Shown here piece by piece: positions 56,856-64,000 of a stretch of DNA of 64,000 nt. The position numbers and the translations under genes are program-made. The DNA lies in contig CT868008.1 of NCBI GenBank assembly GCA_000165425.1, positions 558,001 through 622,000 on the forward strand. The letters run 5' to 3'. Below the pieces are notes generated by a model. It saw only the letters and a program-made list of their open reading frames with translations. It did no database searches and was not told the DNA's origin. This DNA is from Paramecium tetraurelia (Eukaryota). How positions within the stretch are numbered: the stretch's first letter is position 1; each line of letters starts with the position of its first letter.

Positions 56856-57633
56856 ATGAGTTTTCCTAACTAAGATTATCTAGCAATGCTCAAAGCCAAG
56901 CCTCAAATGTACCCTCAAATGCAGCAGACTCCATAGGCACAGATGATTTATCAAAATCCCCAATTTATGTATGTAAACATCAGCATTTTCTTATCCACTT
57001 ATACCCAATATACTATATAGTCTATGCATATATGAATAATTAGGCAGTCCTACATGAACTATGCACCCTAATACTTTATGATGCAACAACTACAACAAAT
57101 GCAGTAAATGCAATAAATTCCATCCATGTCTTCTATGGTCCCTCTGCGCATGCCATTTCCAAATCCTCAGCCACAAATGCAACCCCATCCACAAATGGTT
57201 ATGCCCTTTCCAATTTAGCCTCCTAATCCAGCTTAACCAAAAACTGATTAAAACCTACCTGTCTAGGTAAAGGGTACCAAAGTGAAGTTGAACCTCAAAA
57301 TGATTAAGGACATACCTCAAGAGGAAGACAGTCTACTGGATTATGATGAAATAAAAAAGCAGAGCGGAGATCGTCAATTTATCAATTTAAAGAGAAAACG
57401 TAGACTTCTAGATTAGTAAGATGCACCTTTAATGTAAACACGCAGACGTAGCGAATAATCATAATGTAAATCATTAGCTGAGCATATTAGATTTAGAAAT
57501 AAGAGACATATTGAATGTCGACGATAAAGACATGACACTTATAATGGAAGCCTATCCTGACACAAAATCCTTGCTGTAAGAATTAAAGAATGGCAATTTA
57601 AAGTAAGAGATAGAGGATCTATTACTCAAATGA
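56856..57633 (+). CDS. Q/P/M/Y-rich low-complexity protein with basic NLS-like motif
   Basis: MYPQMQQTPQAQM..MMQQLQQMQQMQQIPSM..LKRKRRLL; two probable introns. Confidence 0.65.
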
Positions 57634-57699
57634 ATTTGACTATAATTTTGTTCATTTCTAAACTTAATTCCAGTTACTTTATGTTGTTATTAGTATCAT

Positions 57700-58200
57700 A
57701 TAATTAACACTTTCTATTTCCATACCCACTCTCTGCATCCAGTTTTACCCCCATTGTGCATTTCTTACCATGTAACTTTGCGTTCATGAATCCTGGAGAG
57801 CGATACCACTAAATTACAACCCTAATTCATTTCAATACAACTTTATAAAACTCATTAAAGAGTGTCATTTTGAATCTTAATTAAGTAATTTAACTATAGA
57901 AATTTGCTAAAAACATTTTCTAGAGCTATTTTACATTGCAAGAAATTAAGAACTCTTTTAAATAAATTGAAATTTATTATTCGTATGATATTTTAAACGA
58001 AATTAAATCTCTGTAATATCATTTTGTTTAATTTACCAAGTATTTCTAGATTTATCTTATTAATTTCAATTCCCTCTTCAACTTATTATCTTCAGTTTCA
58101 ATCGATATTTCTCCCTGTCAACATTAATTCCAAGTCTTATTCAACCTTCAATTGGAAATTGTAACAAATCATTCCACCTATTTTATTGTAGAAAAGACTA
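57700..58200 (-). pseudogene. Possible decayed CMGC/CDKL-type kinase remnant
   Basis: Ordered fragments ETEDNKLKRELKLIRQ, IALENVF and VVIQWYRSPG, separated by frameshifts and stops. Confidence 0.3.
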
Positions 58201-58309
58201 AAATTAAATTAAGGCACTGTTTCTAATAGATCTTATTTTTATATACTACTTGTAATCCTTATTTAGGTATTGAAAAATATTGCAATAATAAATTAAGAAT
58301 AGATAAATT

Positions 58310-59434
58310 ATGAAATAATCATCTCTTAATCCAGATCCTAGAAGGAAATAAATTTTGTTGGACATGATTAACAAGTCTGGCTTTCCTGAGGTGAAGTCAG
58401 AAAAAGCACTTTAAGCCTAAATTGAGGCTCTTCAATAAGAATTACTAGAAAAAGATTAGGCATTAATTTAAAAAGGTATTTGACGCTTTCTATCTAGATG
58501 AACAAATCGATAAATTATGTGCTGTTGTATTTTAGTATTAAGAAGAAATAGCATCAAAAAATAGAGAAATCGAAGAATTGCAATAGGGCAAAGCAAATTT
58601 TGAGATGGAAGTTCAAAACTATAACGAAATGAAAAATCATTGCGATCAAGCATTGAAACAATTGCATCATGTCGAAATGCAAGTGAGTGATCTGTAAGAA
58701 CAAAACCTATAACTCAAGAATCAAGGTAAACACTTTTTCTATCAAATTTAGAGTAATAACTTCTAAGCTAAATTTTGGCATTGTAAAAAAATTCAGACGT
58801 TCTTCTTCGGGATGCATTTGAAAGAGAAAAGAAACAATTGCATAAGAAAATAGTCGAGAAGACCAAGATAATTTAAGAATAAAATTGTTTAATTTAGAAA
58901 TCAAATGAAACATAGTCTACAATCCATTAATCAATGATGAAAATGAAAGAGGACCAAAAGAAACAAGAACAAACTATTTAAAAATTGAGAGAAGAGATAG
59001 AAAATTTAAAAGGAGATGCAGCCGCATTCAATAGTTCTTTAAACTAAATCACTAGTCCTCTAAATCAATTATCTAGCCCTCTGAATTAATTAACAAGTCC
59101 ACAAGGATAGCGGTAAGCCAGCTTCAATACTCATAAAGATTTCGATACGCCTATAAGATAATCGTAATATACTTAACAGAAACCATAATCTTCTAATAGT
59201 CTCTGCAGTAATTTTACCAGTCAGGAAAGTAAAAAGAAAATGATGGGAAATTTTAAAAGATTAACAACCATGGCTGTAGGTATGTATAGCAATCTACTCG
59301 ATTATTAATCATTATAAAATGGCTCTAAATTAGTAATTCATCCAATTAACTTAGGCATCTGAATTGGGTTAAGCTAGAATAGATTTAACTTAATAAATTT
59401 CAAGATCTTCCATGATGAATTCGGAGTATAATGA
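58310..59434 (+). CDS. Coiled-coil protein with SP-repeat tail
   Basis: MKQSSLNPDPRRK.. heptad region, then TSPLNQLSSPLNQLTSPQ. Confidence 0.65.
59051..59101 (+). repeat. ~2.4 copies of a 21-nt coding repeat ([T/S]SPLNQL)
   Basis: actagtcctctaaatcaatta / tctagccctctgaattaatta / acaagtcca. Confidence 0.7.
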
Positions 59435-59620
59435 CCATAATTGATACTATATTTTCAAATAAAATCTAAATAATCTTAACTAACCAAAATAACCTCTTAT
59501 ATTTATTCATTATAATGTCTTAGAATTGCCTTCTGATTGCTATTAAAAGTGTTGAAACTTTATTTTGAATACAGTTTGAAATAAAACGACATAGCAATTT
59601 TTATAATAATTTCAATATAA

Positions 59621-60046
59621 TCAAATTAATTAATAGCAATACTAATTATAAGTATGTTCTGCGTCAATGATCTATTAATTTAGTTGCTATAATTGAGTAT
59701 TAGGCATTGGAGCACTATTTCTTTGAATCCTAATTCTTTGAGGAGATTCATCTACATTAAACGTAACCTTAGGTTCATAAAATTGAACATCAGTGAACAA
59801 TTGTTCCCTTTCCTTAATCATTCTCTCTATTTCAAAGCTCAGTTCACAAGGAGAGTTTTCAATGTGGGTTTGATTAGGAGTTGGAGTTTTCGTTTCTACA
59901 GATGCTTAAAATGTCTATCGTTTTTAATGCCTAACACTGCTTGGGAACGAGAATCCGGAGAAGTGAGATTCTCTTTATTAGTAAATTTTGGATAGATTTA
60001 ACTCTTCTTCCTTAAATTAAGGAGACTCTTCAACTCTAAAGCTCAT
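59621..60046 (-). CDS. Small hypothetical protein (141 aa)
   Basis: Intronless frame MSFRVEESPQF...YCYQLI. Confidence 0.6.
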
Positions 60047-60102
60047 ATTTTATTTAACAAATAAATTTTATTAGTATTTAATATCAAATAAATCAAAAAA
60101 TT

Positions 60103-62152
60103 TCACTGTTGCAAAATGTAATCTGATGATTACCCTTATTTAACTTTTTCATTCTCTGATTCAAATTGATCACTTACATATTTATCATCAAATGTATATT
60201 AATCCTCGACTTCAGCTTATTACTCTACATTAAAATTAGCATTATATTCTTATTATTCTAATTCAGAAACCTTCTCTGGACATTCCATTATTACAGACAT
60301 TTCAGGCTGTTATTTATTTTGATTTGCTATCTCTGTCAATAAGAATGAAAGTTACTAATCCTCTACTTTGATAGGTTCATACTTCAACATTTCTTGATAA
60401 TTTAAAGATTCCACACTTCTACTTTCCAAAATGCCTTAAGTGATTAAATAATCCAGTTCAAATTAATTCAACTCAATGTTTAAAGAAACCAAAGCATCTC
60501 TGAATTAACTCTTACTCACTCTAATGCAATCTCTTCCATACAGCTACTTTATGTTACTTATAATGAAAGGTTTAAGTTTAGTTAGAACATCCTTTAATTT
60601 ATCTGAATGCTCGATTTGGCATTTTACAATTTCCAATTTATAATTAAGCAATACTTTCCTAATTACAGAACGAATGTATGGAGTAGGATTTGAAGCAAAA
60701 TCATCTAATTCATACACATCAGAGTCTCCTTCCATAATATACCTTGCTAATACAAAGGCTTCATCTTTAGCTAAATTGAATGGATATAATCTAAGTTTAT
60801 CTTTTAATTCTCGAATTGTCATGACGTCCCCTTCGAATAGATACTCATCAAGTTATTAAATTCCTATATCCATTGCCATTAATCTATACTTGAGGGTTTC
60901 TCCAATTATTTTGATATCATCAAATTTCACAGGTATTATCTTTCTTTTTGGTGGCTATTTACTTACTACCTATTGTTGATACACAATAATTGATTTTTTA
61001 ATTGGCAAAGCTATTTCTTACATAACTTCAGTTGCAAAGACTTAGGATGATAATTTAATTTGTTTAGATTTCAAAGTTGTCTCCAATTATTATGATTAAT
61101 TTTAAGGATCTTGTTATTCTTAATTTTAAGCAAGTTATATTTCTTTGATTTATACCTCTAAATCAAAGACGATTTAACTTAATCTTTCAATCTCATTATC
61201 CTTTGATTTAAGTTCTTATTTTGCAAACATCAAATCAGTTAGATTTTATAATTCATCAGCCTTGGTTGGGATCTATTTCAACTCTTTATTGTTTTCTTTT
61301 GAGTTATTAGAGGTCTATTCTCTTAATTATGTAATTAGCTTCTTAATTTCCCTTTTGCTTTTGTATTCTTAATCTATTTATTATGACTTTATAATGATAT
61401 AATAAATACTCTATACTTTAGACATTCTTTTTTTAGCCTTTCAATCAGCTTTTCCAGTTCTCTCTAATGCACTAAATCTTATTAGATTTATGCTACTAAA
61501 GCAAATATTCTATCTTAAATTACTTATTCTACGTTATTCTGCTGTAGGTTATATAGACTTGCTTACAATAGCGAATCTATCTACTATTTTAATCTGATTG
61601 TTTCTTCTTAAAAGGCAGCTTTTTCAATTTACAATTCATTGATCTAAGCAAATCTTTGGGTTTTTTTGATAATTTATAGTTCCTTATCCTTTTTTTGCAA
61701 CTCTTGTCTAAGATTAGCAATCTCTTTTTTTAAAGCAGTTTAAGCAGTCGAGGAATTTAATGCCTGGAGTAATGGTGCTTTGATAGGGCCTATTCGATCT
61801 AATTCTTATATCATTTTCTCTTATTTAAGTTAATTGTCTAGAAATTAATTTTATTAGACATACCTTCCATCTAATGAATTTTGGTTTTTAGCCTAATATT
61901 TTCATTTTCCAAAGAATTCATGTTATTTTTCAATTGCTTTAATTCTTACTCATATCTTTCTTTATCCGGAAATCTAAATGAACATGAATATTCATGAAAC
62001 GAATTGTTAGGTTCTTCTTATTTTCGTTTTTTATGAAAACTTGATCTTGGAAGTAGTTCTGAGGTATCAAGGATCTGTTTGTTTCGGTTAGTTCCTGATT
62101 TAGCTGATTCGGCCCTTATTTTTTTTAATTACTAGAATAGGGTTGCTCTCAT
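60103..62152 (-). CDS. Coiled-coil protein (IQCE-like N-terminal motif) with degenerate EF-hand-like C-terminus
   Basis: PDKERYEQELKQLKNNMNSLENENIRLKTKI; C-terminal helical region (VSKSQFRDALVSLNIELNQFELDYLI). Confidence 0.6.
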
Positions 62153-62166
62153 TTTAATTATTATTA

Positions 62167-62509
62167 ATGTCGGATATTGAAGAAACAATCAATAGAATCA
62201 AGACTCACAAGTCTGTTTAAGGAATAGTGATTTGCAATAACGATGGTTAAATAATAAGGAGTACCTACGGAACAGAAAGCAAAGAAGGAGAAAACATAGC
62301 GAGAACCATTCCTACATTAGCTGCCAAGGCCAAGTACTTAATAATGTTAAGGATTAACAAGATCGACAGTGCGTGATTTGGATCCAAACAATGAGTTAAC
62401 TTTCTTGCGTATCAAGTCTAAGAATAATGAGATTATGGTGGCACCAGATAAAGAGTTCTTGTTGATAGTAGTTTAAGGACCAAAAGAAGAAAAAAAGGAG
62501 GAAGAATGA
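62167..62509 (+). CDS. DYNLRB: Dynein light chain roadblock (LC7)
   Basis: [58 protein letters not shown]; intron at 62334-62361. Confidence 0.95.
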
Positions 62510-62538
62510 ACATACAATTATAATATATAAATATATAC

Positions 62539-63518
62539 ATGTAGCAAATCAATTAGATCGCTGATCATTTGTATTTAATACAATAAGGCAACAACTCTTA
62601 CATTCACCGACAGCTGGGAGAATCAGATGTACTCTTTAATTATTAGTTCAATAGACTGTGGTTATAAAATCTGTGTTCCATGCTTAACTATTTATGGAAG
62701 ATGATAGTGTTTGTCACTCCGTTCATTAGAGAGAATGCCAAGATCTCTAGAATGAATGGAAAATACTCAGCTAGCTAAATCATCCAAACATAATCAAACC
62801 TTAATAATTTATTGCCAATCATTAGCTTGACCCAGCTGGAGGGAACCTCCAATGTTGCAGCTTATTCCTTGAAAATGCTTCTTGTGATCTTCATACTCTC
62901 TGCAAATCAAATGAAACATCCTTCAAAATTATAATCAAGTACTTTACTTAAATTTCAATTGCTGTCGAATATTTGCATTCCTAAAACATAGCACACAATG
63001 ACATCAAATTAGAGAACATGCTCGTGATCAATAGAAATGTTATCAAATTGGCTGACTTTGGATTCAGCTATAGACCTGCCTACGAGGACTTACTTTCCAA
63101 ATGGTTACCCAGAACTCTCACAGCTTATTCCAGTCCTGAAATTGTTAATTTTAGATTAAATGTTGCTGATGGTGAATATGATGAATTCTGTTTATTTGCC
63201 TCGGATGTGTATGCTTTAACCACAGCGCTATTTCTAGCTGTCTATAAGAGACCGCCTATCATGGGTAAGTTCCCAACTATAGATGATTAATATTATCATT
63301 TATTGATCAACCAACCTGATTTGTTTTGGCAATTAGATTTCATTCAGAAAGTAGACTCTTAATTAATGAGGGAACACATTCCTAAATAATTACTCGAAAA
63401 CTTTAAAGACTTAATTGAAGGTGGATTGGCTGAAGAATACAATAGGATTACTATTTAAGACTTCATAAATCACGAATTTTTCAAATATGCTATGCAAATT
63501 GAAGGAGAATAATATTGA
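62539..63518 (+). CDS. Divergent Ser/Thr protein kinase lacking a Gly-rich loop
   Basis: VVIK, EWKILSQLNHPNII, HNDIKLEN, DFG, AYSSPE, SDVYAL. Confidence 0.85.
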
Positions 63519-64000
63519 CATCATCAATTAATAGTAAATACTCAATCTATTAAATATATGACTAACTATATTATTATATTCTATTCCCACTATTTCAAAT
63601 AAATACCTTAACTCTAAAATGAAGTTTATTTTTTAAACTTCCGTTTTAGAGTGAGGAATTATAAAATTTATAATCAGAATTGTACAATATAATGCTCGAT
63701 AATATTTCAATATGAATCTACCTAAGTATTCTAACCCATAATGAAGTCATTAATTGTCAAATGTATTTGAATATTCTCTTAATTAATTTTGGGGATTTCA
63801 TTGTCAATTTTTATTCAATTGATTATTAGAGTTAATTTAATTTTTTAAATGTTATATTTATGAACTGATTTTTTTTACTTTGCTGTTAAAATTCATTAGG
63901 ATTTCAAACCCTTACTTTGCACTCAAGTTCATTTGAGACCAATAGTTTTATAAATTCTAATGGTAAGATTTGACTAATATTACTTTAATGATTGGCTAAT

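Overview
AT-rich (roughly 25-28% GC, judged by eye) eukaryotic DNA from a ciliate macronuclear genome, almost certainly Paramecium. Conserved proteins read through only if TAA/TAG are translated as Gln (code 6, TGA the only stop), and genes are broken by tiny 23-29 nt GT..AG introns. The supplied standard-code ORF track therefore shows only fragments. Re-reading by hand gives about 42 tightly packed genes. They include a multi-domain truncated (2/2) haemoglobin cut off by the left edge, CDC20, a cis-prenyltransferase, UTP12/WDR3, ALG8, a WW-less Pin1, RBM22/Slt11, a PX protein, a CTD phosphatase, a PSTAIRE CDK, a Gle1-like protein, two paralogous monoglyceride lipases, a bZIP factor, a TPR-CaaX protein, a CPBP protease, an ABCC transporter, a ~1,480-aa type I membrane protein, dynein p28 and roadblock, plus a few probable decayed genes. 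No tRNA, rRNA, telomere, transposon or CRISPR array was seen. The most unusual element is the tandem truncated-globin chain protein with an N-terminal CP (CPF) motif. All coordinates were derived by hand and span start to stop including introns.
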